A stretch of DNA of 64,000 nucleotides from Octopus vulgaris (taxonomy: Eukaryota), in contig OX597829.1 of NCBI GenBank assembly GCA_951406725.2, forward strand, positions 41,168,001 to 41,232,000. The letters are read 5' to 3'. Below are positions 54,801 through 62,785 of this stretch, piece after piece. Each line of letters begins with the position of its first letter. Within the stretch, counting starts at the first letter, position 1. Under the pieces are notes generated by a model. The model made no database searches, was not told the origin of the DNA, and worked only from the letters and a program-made list of their open reading frames with translations. A program made the translations under genes and the position numbers.

Positions 54801-57800
54801 TCGGCTGATATGCCCTCCAGCCTTCATCAGGTGTCTTGAACGCTGGAGGGCATATCAGCCGAAAAGTTGTGTTAACAACAGACAAGATGAGGACAAATAT
54901 CTATCAAATGTAAATAATGAATTTACATTACTTTCTCATGTTCTAATTCCTCCTCATCATCATCATTTTACATACTCGCAAGGGCAGGACAAATCACCAA
55001 GCTCCAAGTTACAGGTCATCTTGATGGGTTGGACAACCACATCTCACTTGTACATTTTATTTTTGGTGAGTTTTATATGGCTCAATGCACTTCTAAAACT
55101 AATCACTTTTACAGAGTATACTTGGTATATTTTATCTATATTTCTTTATTGCCCACAAGGGGCTAAACATAGAGGGGACAAACAAGGACAGACAAACGGA
55201 TTAAGTCAATTACATCGACCCCAGTGCGTAACTGGTACTTAATTTATCGACCCCAAAAGGATGAAAAGGCAAAGTCGACCTCGGCGGAATTTGAACTCAG
55301 AATGTAGTGGCAGACGAAATACCGATAAGCATTTTGCCCGACACACTAACATTTCTGCCAGCTTGGTATATTTTATCCTGGCACCAGCACTAGATTAGCA
55401 GTCATGTCCTCAAGAGGAGTTTTCTCTATACTGTTTCCACTTCACAGAATGTACTCAGTACATTTTAACCTAACACCAGCACTACAGAGGTTTCCCTATC
55501 CTCAGTAAGATTAAGAGGCCTCTCTACTTTGTTGTCCAACCACTTTATAATGGAAATTTAAATATATCAAAAGCTCCAAAAGTGGGTCACAAAAGTCAAA
55601 AGTTAGTTCTAGATTCTAGATAAATTGTTATTCTACAAGCAGGGTCGGAGTTATACCTAGGCTAATGTAGGCCATGGCCCAGGAGCCCTGAACTTTGGGA
55701 AGGGGTGTTGTAACTCAAGAAAAGCCTAAATCTTGGAGTTAAAATTTTTTTTAATATATTTCCAGCAATCAATGAAATAATTTGTAATTTACGTTTACTT
55801 TTTTTTTTAATCCAATAGTTCTTTTAAAATTATTGAGCCCTTTTTCATTCATTGGGCCCTTTTAGATTCAAAAAGCCATTAAATTTAACTGAGTTCCTCT
55901 GAATCTATTGATGCCCCTAGATTTAATGGGACCCTTTGAATTAACTTGTGTTTTAAATTAGCAAAATTGCAAGGGCCTCCAAAATCAACTGGTACATGTG
56001 CCCTGGTAGGTCTAAATTCAGTTGTATTTGCAAGAGACACCAGCTGATCTCTGAACAAACTGTCCACACACAAACAAAAAAACCTAAGCACTAGGAAATG
56101 TTCATTTAGCTCCTTATCAACTCTAGTTTCTTGAGTAGGATCAGTAAAAACAACTAGGAGTAGCATACGTAATTTCACACTCATGTAATTCTACTAAGTT
56201 TTACCCCAATTTTTATACGAATTTTTTCATATTATACAGGAGTAAATATGATAGACATTATCAGTTCACATATTAGATCAAATCCTATTTTTATCAGCTC
56301 TGAACAAGATGAAAGATCGATAATGCCTTCATTCTTTCAGAATCAATAAACTAGCTACTAATTGTTATTCCTTAGCTCTAGGTCAAACCTGATCGAGCAG
56401 ATATATAACAGGCGTTCCAGCCATGACTAGTCCATTCCCCTCCATCTCAGACACAGTGTAATAAATAAAATGTTATCCAATGTGTCAATTTTTTCTTAAA
56501 CTATACCCAACAGATATACGTTTAAATATTTGTTGTGCAAGATTTTTTATGTGAAGTCGTGTGTTGAAACAGATATTGTTATATTTCGGAATGGTCATAT
56601 TGCCAGTTTAGCCAATAAAAGAGAGAAATCTGGCTGCTAATTGCAGCGAGCTAAACGACAGCCGCAGAGTGGAATCTCCCCTCAATTGAGGAATTTTCCT
56701 TATTTAAAGCTTTATTTTTACCATGATGACTTTTGTTTACATTTTGTCTATAGCTAAAAACCTCTTCTTGTCTTTGTAACCTAGTCATTGTGATGAATTC
56801 ATTTTTGTGTTAGGGCCCAAATGGCTAATAAAGAAATTGTTATCGGACGAAATGCCTTGCAAATATTTTGTTATGGTCCTTTACATTCTGAGTACAAATC
56901 TCACCAAGGTCAACTTTGCCTCTCATTTTCCTAGAATAAAGTACTGAGATCGATTTAGTCGAGTAATCCCTTTTCCCAAATATGTGGTCTTGTACTAATC
57001 TTAGAAATCATCATCATCATCAAGGTAGTATAATGCCGGTAGAAAAGCAGACAAAGTACCTTGTATTTTGTTTTTTTCTTTGCATAGGCATAGAAGTGGC
57101 TGTGTGGTAAGTAGCTTGCTTACCAACCACATGGTTCCAGGTTCAGTCCCACTGCATGGCACCTTGGGCAAGTGTCTTTTATAGCCTCAGGCTGACCAAA
57201 GCCTTGTGAATGGATTTGGTAGACAGAAACTGAAAGAAGCCCATTCTTGAGATTTAGTTGTTATTTCTAGCATGTGTATAGCCTGCTTGACGGCTGAAGG
57301 TGGGGGTGGGGGTTCTTTTGTTTTATCTTTTACTTGTTTCAGTCATTTGACTGTGGTCATGCTAGCGCACCGCCTTTAGTCGAGTAAATCGACCCCAGGA
57401 CTTTTGGAAGCCTAGTACTTATTCTATTAGTCTCTTTTACCGAACTGCTAAGTTACGGGGATGTAAACACACCACCATCGGTTGTTGGGGGAGGAACAAA
57501 CACAGAACACAAACATATACACACGCACATATATATATATATATATATACGACGGGCTCTTTCAGTTTCCGTCTACCAAATACACTCACAAAGCTTTGGT
57601 CGGCCCAAGGCTATGGTAGAAGACACTTGCCCAAGGTGCCACGCAGTGGGAACAAACTCGGAACCATGTGGTTGGTAAGCAAGCTACTTACCACACAGCC
57701 ACTTCTGCAGTTAAGGTAAATTTTTTTTTTTTTTTTGAAAAATTTAAATTTTACAAAACCATTTATGGATCTTTTCGGTTTGAATGGCAGTTTTTTTAAA

Positions 57801-59521
57801 ATAATTTCTATGTAACTAAAAAATTTTAAACTTCGTATACTGGTAGAATGTGTTTATAAAACATCTTTTTCTCTTGGCTTTCTTGAGAAAATTCTATAGT
57901 TTGTAAGATATTTGTTGTTGTTTTTTCTTCAATTTCTGCAATTTCAACCAATCAATGACGTCTATTGAGGTAAAAACATTGTGCTGTATGAATATGTCCC
58001 TCGTTTAAAAAACAGATTGGGTTTATTTATATTTCTGAAGAAAAAAAGATACCCTTCCCCCCACTCCTAACCCTAACCCTAAAACAGATTGAAATGCAAT
58101 AGATCGATACTAGGGTCATAATTATGAGTGACAATTTCATATGACACCGCTAGAAAAAACTGCCGTTCAAACCGAAAAGATCCCAATTTATTCTTAGAAT
58201 CATAATCTCCGTGTTTTTCTACGTATTTCGCCAAAAAAAAAAAAAAATTCTGAAAAAAGTGAAAAAAATGAAGAAATGGGGTCGGGGTGGGATAGAAATT
58301 TTGAAATTGCAATTTTTGCCAATTTATTTTTTTTTTCAGAATCGGGATTTCCATAGCTAAAAACGTGGGTTTCCGTAAAAAAAAAAAAGATAATAATTTT
58401 TAAGGGATGGAAGGGTTGGGTTATGTCTCTACCATGTGCGCCGCAGAATAGCAAAACTGATCGGGTGTTAAAGAAAAAGCTTAACAGTGTTTTAGCCGAC
58501 CATTTCTCATTTCTGGAATCGAATCCCAGTTGAGTTGACTTCATCACCTATTCCTCGGGTGGGTGGGAAAAGTCGATCAAATAAATACCAGTCATGTGTA
58601 AAGGATGCAACTACAATTATCCAGCCCACATCGCTTGCATTGAACCAATAAAATAAACTGATACACTCTATCGATAAATATGATGATGAAACGTGTCCAG
58701 TATACGTAGATCTAGGCGTGGTTGCTGAGTTGCATACGTTAAGATAATGCGCATCATTTCAGAAGTTTAATCTCAAACTGCATATTGACAGTTTCCTAGG
58801 TGTTGCTGAGATGTTCAGGTGAGTCGAGCATTTCATTCTCTAAACCTCTTGTGGTGCACCTGAGCACTGTATACAATAATTTCATTATTATCTAACCCGG
58901 CATGAGAGTGCGTTTAGCAGTTCATTCTGTTGCAAGAATTCTAGCCAGATTTTCAAACTGAGAAAAACCTCTCCTACTTGTCACCAGACACAAATACCCA
59001 GAAAAGTGTTAAGGGTACTGATCTTTCTTCTGTAACTAAAATTACACATACTTTCATACATGTATACATAATTATTTGTATATATCAGCTGAAATTAGAG
59101 TCAGCTGTTTGACAATTCCAATCTCAGCTGACAGAACACACTTGAGGTAGATTCTAAAGAGAATACGCATAAATGAAAACAATCAAGGCAGAAGAAAAAA
59201 GAAACTATGTTAAATTAATTAATAACATTGGCTACCTAACAGGATTCTTATGACTAGTGTAAAGAACCAATGATAATTATTTGTAAGTTTAGGAAACGAA
59301 ATCAATTTATAAAACAATATTCGTCTGCTGAACGCAGAAACCTGACTTTCACACTCTTTCTTGCTTATACCATTTTTAAAAATGTCTTCGTTACCAAAAG
59401 ATGCTTTCACTTTTCGAACACAGTTTCCCTTTCCATCGAAATAAGCTGTTATAATTGTTATATTTACCTGAAGGGCCTGGTAAACGGGATTAATGTCCAA
59501 CTCGTCAACGTCAGCTGCCAT
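1796..59521 (-). CDS. ANKRD27: ANKRD27/VARP-like VPS9-domain protein, 15 coding exons in window, 3' end beyond window start
   Basis: Spliced translation: [18 protein letters not shown]|[21 protein letters not shown]...|[13 protein letters not shown]|QYYTS...|[11 protein letters not shown]|[14 protein letters not shown]...|...[13 protein letters not shown]|...[10 protein letters not shown]|[19 protein letters not shown]. It is colinear with recalled human ANKRD27 (MALYDEDLLKNPFYLALQ...SPQQKL...ADDLL...NLSYI). All introns are GT-AG with matching phases. Ortholog vs paralog not established. Confidence 0.85.
2177..2545 (+). mobile_element. tRNA-derived SINE family A
   Basis: ggagtggctgtgtggtaag...gggttcagtccc A/B-box-like head, internal (TA)/(TG) tract; many copies in the window. 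Confidence 0.85.
3250..4460 (-). mobile_element. Highly decayed AT-rich Penelope-like element with ~55-bp inverted arms
   Basis: 3325-3378 is inverted at 4395-4452; minus-strand remnants resemble RT motifs (..KFTFRY.., IYQK); many stops. Confidence 0.4.
6524..6935. mobile_element. MITE, ~28-bp TIR GGATCTTTTC.GTTTGAACG.CAGTTTTT, 8-bp TSD (Merlin/hAT-type)
   Basis: Perfect TSD aaaataac on both sides; two more copies in the window. Confidence 0.9.
6978..7018 (-). CDS. ANKRD27: ANKRD27-like exon 14 ([14 protein letters not shown]), VPS9 catalytic motif
   Basis: Long pyrimidine tract + cag, donor GTAAGT; xDDLxP motif of VPS9 GEFs. Confidence 0.92.
7960..8145 (+). mobile_element. LINE (CR1/Jockey-like) ORF2 C-terminal fragment
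   Basis: Translates ..[26 protein letters not shown], a typical post-RT LWNSLP motif. Confidence 0.55.
8324..8390 (-). CDS. ANKRD27: ANKRD27-like exon 13 ([22 protein letters not shown])
   Basis: Acceptor tttcaaag, donor GTGAGT, 67 nt, phase 0 to 1, fitting exons 12 and 14. Confidence 0.8.
8761..8808 (-). ncRNA. Hammerhead ribozyme motif (type I, minimal)
   Basis: agggt CTGATGA gaa-gtatt-atatg-aatgc GAAA ccc-t-gg GTA actct; stems I, II and III can pair, with 3 extra nt before stem II. Confidence 0.6.
8881..9725 (-). mobile_element. Helitron, internally deleted, with PIF1-type helicase fragment (8948-9478)
   Basis: 3' CTAG with subterminal hairpin cccgagcaacgccggg; ORF motifs [33 protein letters not shown]. 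Confidence 0.9.
9725..10075. repeat. ~160-166-bp tandem repeat (2+ units)
   Basis: ttcgtcctaaaaaacttt recurs at ~9728, ~9894 and ~10054. Confidence 0.8.
10631..11520. mobile_element. Foldback Penelope-pLTR-like element (arms 10631-10987 / 11004-11346 + tail) with hammerhead motif
   Basis: ~350-bp near-perfect inverted repeat; tail homologous to 19263-19437; flanked by (TA)n; minus-strand CCGAAGAggcc...ggccGAAACAGCTGTA. Confidence 0.75.
11608..11679 (-). CDS. ANKRD27: ANKRD27-like exon 12 ([24 protein letters not shown]), VPS9 domain
   Basis: Acceptor tgtttacag, donor GTGAGT, 72 nt; VPS9 TPxEKL motif. Confidence 0.9.
11886..12415 (+). mobile_element. RTE-clade LINE, 5'-truncated
   Basis: [17 protein letters not shown]...CLRCIL...RLWWFGH; short-repeat tail caagtacaagta; 11-bp TSD gttgagtaagc (11875-11885, 12416-12426). 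Confidence 0.9.
13362..13582. repeat. 110-bp direct tandem duplication
   Basis: Two near-identical copies starting tcacatgagaaaagc at 13362 and 13472. Confidence 0.9.
13723..13942. mobile_element. piggyBac-type MITE
   Basis: TTAA|CCCTTTCGTTAC...GTAACAAAAGGG|TTAA; second copy at 48160-48385. Confidence 0.85.
14173..14400. mobile_element. Second piggyBac-type MITE family
   Basis: ttaactctttagcact...agtgctaaaggattaa; a related copy at 26920-27635 is split by a family C insertion. Confidence 0.65.
14510..14957 (-). mobile_element. SINE family A
   Basis: Reverse complement of the 2177 family. Confidence 0.85.
15173..15560. repeat. ~185-bp-arm inverted repeat (foldback), ~17-nt spacer
   Basis: agcaatattgatatctt.actccttaaata...tatttaaggagtaaagatatcaatattgct; internal palindrome tagaccttctaaggtcta. 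Confidence 0.9.
15581..15740 (-). CDS. ANKRD27: ANKRD27-like exon 11 ([32 protein letters not shown]...[15 protein letters not shown])
   Basis: Within ORF 15530..15796; acceptor aacag, donor GTAAGT; aligns to VARP YVHHEIYNLIF...DIGVKPEFSFNIPRA. Confidence 0.9.
15885..16262 (-). mobile_element. SINE family A
   Basis: Reverse complement of the 2177 family. Confidence 0.85.
17434..17510 (-). CDS. ANKRD27: ANKRD27-like exon 10 ([26 protein letters not shown])
   Basis: Acceptor tattttccag, donor GTAAAA, 77 nt, phase 0 to 2. Confidence 0.8.
17818..18340. mobile_element. Foldback element (arms 17818-18012 / 18043-18237 + tail), Penelope-pLTR-like
   Basis: ~195-bp inverted arms in (TA)n; spacer holds minus-strand GAAACACGTC; tail recurs inverted at 8552-8655. 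Confidence 0.7.
18372..19437 (+). mobile_element. Penelope-pLTR-like element with inverted arm and hammerhead
   Basis: 18372-18561 is inverted at 19073-19262; same family as 10631-11520. Confidence 0.75.
18952..19077 (+). ncRNA. Hammerhead ribozyme motif (type I) with long stem II insert
   Basis: atct CTGATGA ggcct-(~90 nt)-aggct GAAA cagct GTA agat; stem I atct/agat; palindromic stem III acagctgt. Confidence 0.7.
19470..19790 (-). mobile_element. SINE family A (diverged)
   Basis: Ends ...cttaccacacagccactcc. Confidence 0.8.
23324..23560 (+). mobile_element. SINE family B nested in Penelope
   Basis: aaggcggcaagctagcagaaac head, ttctgagttcaaattcc B-box-like. Confidence 0.85.
23841..24078 (+). 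mobile_element. SINE family B nested in Penelope
   Basis: Same family as 23324. Confidence 0.85.
25955..26500 (-). mobile_element. Tc1/mariner-superfamily transposase C-terminal fragment (DD37D/maT-like)
   Basis: Minus-strand pieces [50 protein letters not shown]. Confidence 0.8.
26960..27490 (+). mobile_element. Family C retroposon (SINE or LINE 3' end) with (GAT)n tail
   Basis: ...tccaacccatgctagcatggaaagcggacgttaaacgatgatgat consensus tail; flanking duplicated atatctagtca; other copies near 25370, 30110, 30530, 31910, 32650, 33540, 44640, 46565, 48555. Confidence 0.8.
27900..28270 (-). mobile_element. CR1-like LINE ORF2 C-terminal fragment
   Basis: Translates [26 protein letters not shown]. 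Confidence 0.65.
28317..28835 (+). mobile_element. Penelope-pLTR-like element: inverted partial copy + two direct copies, degenerate hammerhead
   Basis: acagcattaagagtttttaactc at 28385 and 28720, inverted at 28317-28370; aTGATGAgc...gtGAAACTAGTT at 28605-28638. Confidence 0.6.
29640..29990 (-). mobile_element. RTE-like LINE C-terminal fragment
   Basis: Translates [12 protein letters not shown]...KTWLRT...MGVTW. Confidence 0.5.
32164..32280 (-). CDS. ANKRD27: ANKRD27-like exon 9 ([39 protein letters not shown])
   Basis: Acceptor ttcatag, donor GTAAGT, 117 nt open, phase 0. Confidence 0.87.
32650..33250 (+). mobile_element. Family C retroposon with internal tandem units and (GAT)n tail
   Basis: Homologous to 26960-27490. 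Confidence 0.8.
34972..35193. repeat. 42-bp minisatellite, ~5 units
   Basis: Unit caatgctcaaaaggaactcag.cacttcgcctccatgaggcc. Confidence 0.85.
36269..36308 (-). CDS. ANKRD27: ANKRD27-like exon 8 ([14 protein letters not shown])
   Basis: Acceptor tatcctctag, donor GTAAGG, 40 nt, phase 2 to 0. Confidence 0.8.
37175..37790 (+). mobile_element. LINE APE-endonuclease fragment (RTE-like)
   Basis: [36 protein letters not shown] motifs. Confidence 0.9.
37899..38064. repeat. (GAA)n microsatellite, ~55 units, with adjacent GGA-rich tract
   Basis: Directly visible. Confidence 0.95.
38128..38192 (-). CDS. ANKRD27: ANKRD27-like exon 7 ([21 protein letters not shown])
   Basis: Acceptor tcttatag, donor GTAAGT, 65 nt, phase 0 to 2; low-conservation linker. 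Confidence 0.75.
38585..38890 (-). mobile_element. tRNA-derived SINE (octopus OR-type head)
   Basis: gtggaggcacatggcctagtggttagagcagcggactc...ggttcaaatctc, A and B boxes; head shared with the 51338 copy. Confidence 0.8.
39158..39214 (-). CDS. ANKRD27: ANKRD27-like exon 6 ([19 protein letters not shown])
   Basis: Acceptor ctttccaccag, donor GTGGGT, 57 nt; aligns to VARP FSILCIAHPL. Confidence 0.85.
39765..39985 (+). mobile_element. SINE family B
   Basis: Same family as 23324. Confidence 0.85.
41192..41587 (-). mobile_element. Non-autonomous Helitron (same family as 8881)
   Basis: A|TC...CTAG|T termini, shared terminal sequences, no ORF. Confidence 0.88.
43288..43348 (+). ncRNA. Hammerhead-like motif (CCGAAGA variant) within a short foldback element
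   Basis: gataa CCGAAGA gatg..catc t GAAA ctc-a-ga GTT ttatc; stem I gataa/ttatc. Confidence 0.5.
43567..43930. repeat. ~155-bp-arm inverted repeat element in (TA)n
   Basis: 43567-43723 is inverted at 43771-43930; related sequence at 41778-41840. Confidence 0.85.
43973..44190. repeat. Short foldback (43973-44016 / 44075-44120) + tail, with hammerhead 3' half
   Basis: GAAACtccgaGTA at the arm junction; flanked by (TA)n. Confidence 0.65.
44994..45049 (-). CDS. ANKRD27: ANKRD27-like exon 5 ([19 protein letters not shown])
   Basis: Acceptor ttgtcag, donor GTATGT, 56 nt, phase 1 to 0; aligns to VARP GF...ILFEETFYN. Confidence 0.87.
45334..45401 (-). CDS. ANKRD27: ANKRD27-like exon 4 ([22 protein letters not shown])
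   Basis: Acceptor ctcttctatag, donor GTAAGC, 68 nt, phase 2 to 1. Confidence 0.85.
47776..47812 (-). CDS. ANKRD27: ANKRD27-like exon 3 ([13 protein letters not shown])
   Basis: Acceptor ttatttcag, donor GTTTGT, 37 nt, phase 1 to 2. Confidence 0.8.
48160..48385. mobile_element. piggyBac-type MITE (copy of 13723)
   Basis: TTAA TSD, CCCTTT...AAAGGG termini. Confidence 0.85.
49317..49422 (-). CDS. ANKRD27: ANKRD27-like exon 2 ([35 protein letters not shown])
   Basis: Acceptor ttttcag, donor GTGAGT, 106 nt, phase 0 to 1. Confidence 0.88.
49530..50060 (-). mobile_element. RTE-like LINE RT C-terminal fragment
   Basis: [12 protein letters not shown]...[20 protein letters not shown]...MLRWMC. Confidence 0.9.
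50379..50795. mobile_element. 8-bp-TSD MITE (copy 2)
   Basis: TIRs as at 6524; TSD ctgttttg/ctcttttg. Confidence 0.9.
51338..51650 (+). mobile_element. tRNA-derived SINE (OR-type head, different tail)
   Basis: gcggaggcgcaatggcccagtggttagggcagcggactcgcgg; inserted in (TA)n. Confidence 0.8.
52238..52460. mobile_element. Tc1/pogo-type MITE
   Basis: TA|CAGTAATCCCT...AGGGATTAC.G|TA termini. Confidence 0.6.
52800..53200 (-). mobile_element. SINE family A, near full length
   Basis: Reverse complement of the 62162 copy. Confidence 0.88.
54527..54920 (-). mobile_element. 185-bp tandem hammerhead-containing repeat + inverted partial copy (retrozyme/pLTR-like)
   Basis: Units start at 54527 and 54712; inverted copy at 54842-54920. 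Confidence 0.8.
54790..54835 (-). ncRNA. Minimal type-I hammerhead ribozyme
   Basis: gacac CTGATGA a ggctg-gagggcatat-cagcc GAAA c GTT gtgtt; palindromic stem III AACGTT. Confidence 0.8.
55140..55365 (-). mobile_element. SINE family B
   Basis: Reverse complement of the 23324 family. Confidence 0.85.
57090..57706. mobile_element. Two SINE family A copies in opposite orientation (57090-57245 +, 57330-57706 -)
   Basis: Family A heads at both outer ends. Confidence 0.8.
57767..58183. mobile_element. 8-bp-TSD MITE (copy 3)
   Basis: TIRs as at 6524; TSD ccatttat/caatttat. Confidence 0.9.
59468..59521 (-). CDS. ANKRD27: ANKRD27-like exon 1 ([18 protein letters not shown])
   Basis: aagATGGCA start context, donor CAG|GTAAAT, phase 0; NPxYxALQ motif of the VARP N-terminus. 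Confidence 0.88.
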
Positions 59522-60760
59522 CTTGATAGCAACATAGAAATACTCGGCAGTGAATATTTCTAAAAAAAAAAAAATTTTTTTTTTTTTCATAATTGAAAAA
59601 TATATTGTTTAAATCAGTTTTTCGATTTAGTATAATTTTATTTCATTTTTTTTTTAACTTTCAAAACTGAAAAATGATATTTTTAATAATACGCCATCAA
59701 ACAATTTATTTTAGTACTTTTGTAATTTTATGTTTCTGACATTGCTGTTTACACTGTTGATCATTTATAATAATAAAAAATAATATAAAAAAAAAAGACG
59801 CATACAATTAAAATCAAATTTCATAAAATTGAATTTCCAAAATAAAAATTTATTGTAACTTTCGCAGATTAAACATTTGCTTCCTGCATTATTACCGGCA
59901 TCATACTATATAACAGTAAATATTTACTGCATAGAATGCAAGGAGAAGCAGGTCTTGCTTCAGTGAAGTTACACTAGAATAATCATCATCATCATTGTCA
60001 TAAGCAAAGAAGAGAACTAAGAGGAAAGTTATTTATTAATTGTTATTCTTTTTACAGAAGCCTAATTGTTCTCCAATTTCTAAATCATATTTTTAGACAA
60101 TATATAAACGTAATAATAGGATAAATATTAGTATTTTAAATTAAAAACTATCTAAATGCTATTACAGCTGTAAACTAAGATAGCAATCTTACTGGTTAGA
60201 GAGTAGTAATTTGCGGAAGTAATAAATAAATAAAAAAAAATTATCATTAGGATCATAAATTAGGGTATGTTTTTGTGGTTTTAAAGTATATTTTAGGGAT
60301 CTTCATTTAGAAATTAAATTATATTCAAAATCAAAGCAAGACAAACGGTATTATAATAAATAGTCAGGTATAACTAATTGCTTCCGTTTATGATTGTAGC
60401 GTTCTTAAGTTATATATTTGCTTCATTAAAACCATTAAAGATTGTTTTATAATTAAAGTCATAAAAGTTAAAATACATCACATATAGATATATAAATTGA
60501 GTTTAATATATATATATATATAATATATATATATAATAAAAGTTTATTGAAAAATTTTAACTCTTGTTTAAGAGTTCAAAATTGTTTAATTAACATTATA
60601 ATTTGGATTTTAAAGCAAATTTTAAAATTCATTATATTCATATATTCTTGATATTTTTAAAAAAGATAAAAAAAAAAATTCTGTAAGTTACTAAAAAGCT
60701 TCTAGGTTCGAGACTATTTTTGTGCAAAACATGGCGGTTTATATGCATTGAGGTTGGTAA
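59522..60760. promoter_or_regulatory. Putative promoter/5' region of the ANKRD27-like gene, possibly bidirectional
   Basis: Largely repeat-free AT-rich stretch upstream of exon 1; ETS-like sites gcttcctg (~59879), gcggaagt (~60213), gcttccg (~60380); aacATGGCGG (YY1-like) at 60728-60737. Confidence 0.4.
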
Positions 60761-61224
60761 TATTTATAATGTTTCACAAACTTCTTTGTATTGATTGTTT
60801 TTCATCATTTGATTTTTTCCTTTAAAAGTTCCCCCCTCCCACTTGATGTACATTATTACTCTCTCAGTGACGAAACTTCGTTAACGATTGCCATGATAGA
60901 ATACGGTACGTTTGATTCCTATCCATCATCCGATTGCTCCGCGGTCGCAACTGCAACGATTATAGATTGCCATGTGATAAATTAACGATGCATGTATGTA
61001 TATGTTTCTGTGTAGATTTCAATATGTACATATTTGTGTTTATAATGTTGTACACATAGTTATATATATGTACAGTATTATATACATTGATCTTCTAGTA
61101 ACTTAGATTGGCCGGTAAACAATGGTATGTGTCATCTGCCAGAGTTTTGCTACAAGATCTATGTATGTATGTTGATTATATATATAATGTGTATGGGTGC
61201 TTATATATATATATATGTACACAC

Positions 61225-61280
<56 letters not shown>

Positions 61281-61999
61281 ATAACGTAACTACATACATA
61301 AATATGAAGTATGTGCGAATGTATGTTTAAACGGTTTTATTTGTCAATTTATCTTTAGCCATTTAGAGAGCTATTATAGTACAAACTTTCTTTTTTGTCA
61401 ATATACTGTTTAAGATTCGATCACGAAAGCAAAGAAGAAAAGAAAAAGCAGCCTACTAGATGTAAAAATAAAATGTGTAGAAAACGAATATGAAAACAAT
61501 TTTTTTTTTTTTTCTGAAAGTAAAAATTAGGATTATTGTTTTATTACATAAATATTCAAAGTTGTTTCCTTACTACACACACACAATGTGTTTAAGATTA
61601 TCAGATTATCACAATCCAAAGCTATCAGGTTAGTCCCCAGGTCAAGCATGATCGAGCTGACCTGTCTTATAGTCAAAAGCGTTCCATTTGGGATCGCATC
61701 CGTACTTTTGTTTCAAAGCATAATGTACTCCTTGTTGCTTAGCCCCGGATCAGCCTTGGTCGAGTAGATTTATGGTGAAAGACATTTCAGACTTGATCAT
61801 GCTCATCTCATTGTTTTTGCATATCTCGGATTATTTTATTCCCTGTTCCCTTCGTACCCCTCCACACCGTTCGGCCCCTATTATTTTGAATACAAGCCTA
61901 TGATTAAATACAGTGGCACAGCACACAATACTATAATAATTTGAACAAGTTTGTGAATTGCCAACAACAATTTGTGTGTGTAGATATATAGATAGATAG

Positions 62000-62527
62000 G
62001 TGACTGTGTGGTAAAAACTTTGCTTCCCAACCATATGATTCCGGGTTCAGTACCACTGCGTGTCACCTTGGCCAAGTGTCTTTTACTATAGCCTTGTGAG
62101 TGGATTTGGTAGACGGAAACTGAAAGGAGTCTGTCAAATATATAATATTATATATATATATAGGAGTGGCTGTGTGGTAAGTAGCTTGCTTACCAACCAT
62201 ATGGTTTCGGGTTCAGTCCCACTGCGTGGCATCTTGGGCAAGTGTCTTCTATTATAGCCTCGGGCCAACCAAGGCCTTATGAGTGGATTTGGTAGACGGA
62301 AACTGAAAGAAGCCCCTCGTATATATGTATGTGTTTGTCCCCCCAACATCGCTTGACAACCGATGCTGGTGTGTTTACGTCTCCGTAACTTAACGGTTCG
62401 GTAAAAGAAACCGATAGAATAAGTACTTGGCTTACAAAGAATAAGTCCTGGGTCGATTTGCTTGACTAAAGGTGGTGCTCCAGCATGGCAACAGTCAGAT
62501 GACTGAAACAAGTAAAAGAGTAAAAAG

Positions 62528-62568
<41 letters not shown>

Positions 62569-62785
62569 CACACACGTCTTTGTTTCTGTGTTTGTTCCTC
62601 ACCACTGCTTGGAAACTGGTGTTGGTGTTTTACGTACCTGTAACTTAGCTGTTCGGCAAAAGGGATGGATAGAGAAAGTGCTAGGCTTAACAAAAAAATA
62701 AGTCTTGTGGTCGATTTGTTCAACTAAAACCCTTCAAGGTGGTGCCCCAGGATGGCTGCAATCAAATGATTGAAACAAGTAAATG
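62000..62785 (+). mobile_element. Cluster of SINE family A copies (62000, 62162, 62560)
   Basis: Tandem/nested family A heads and tails separated by (TA)n. Confidence 0.8.

Noticed and set aside
59219-59590. 123-aa ORF as a single-exon gene
   Set aside because: Only 59468-59521 is protein-like; the rest is A/T-run UTR and intron read-through
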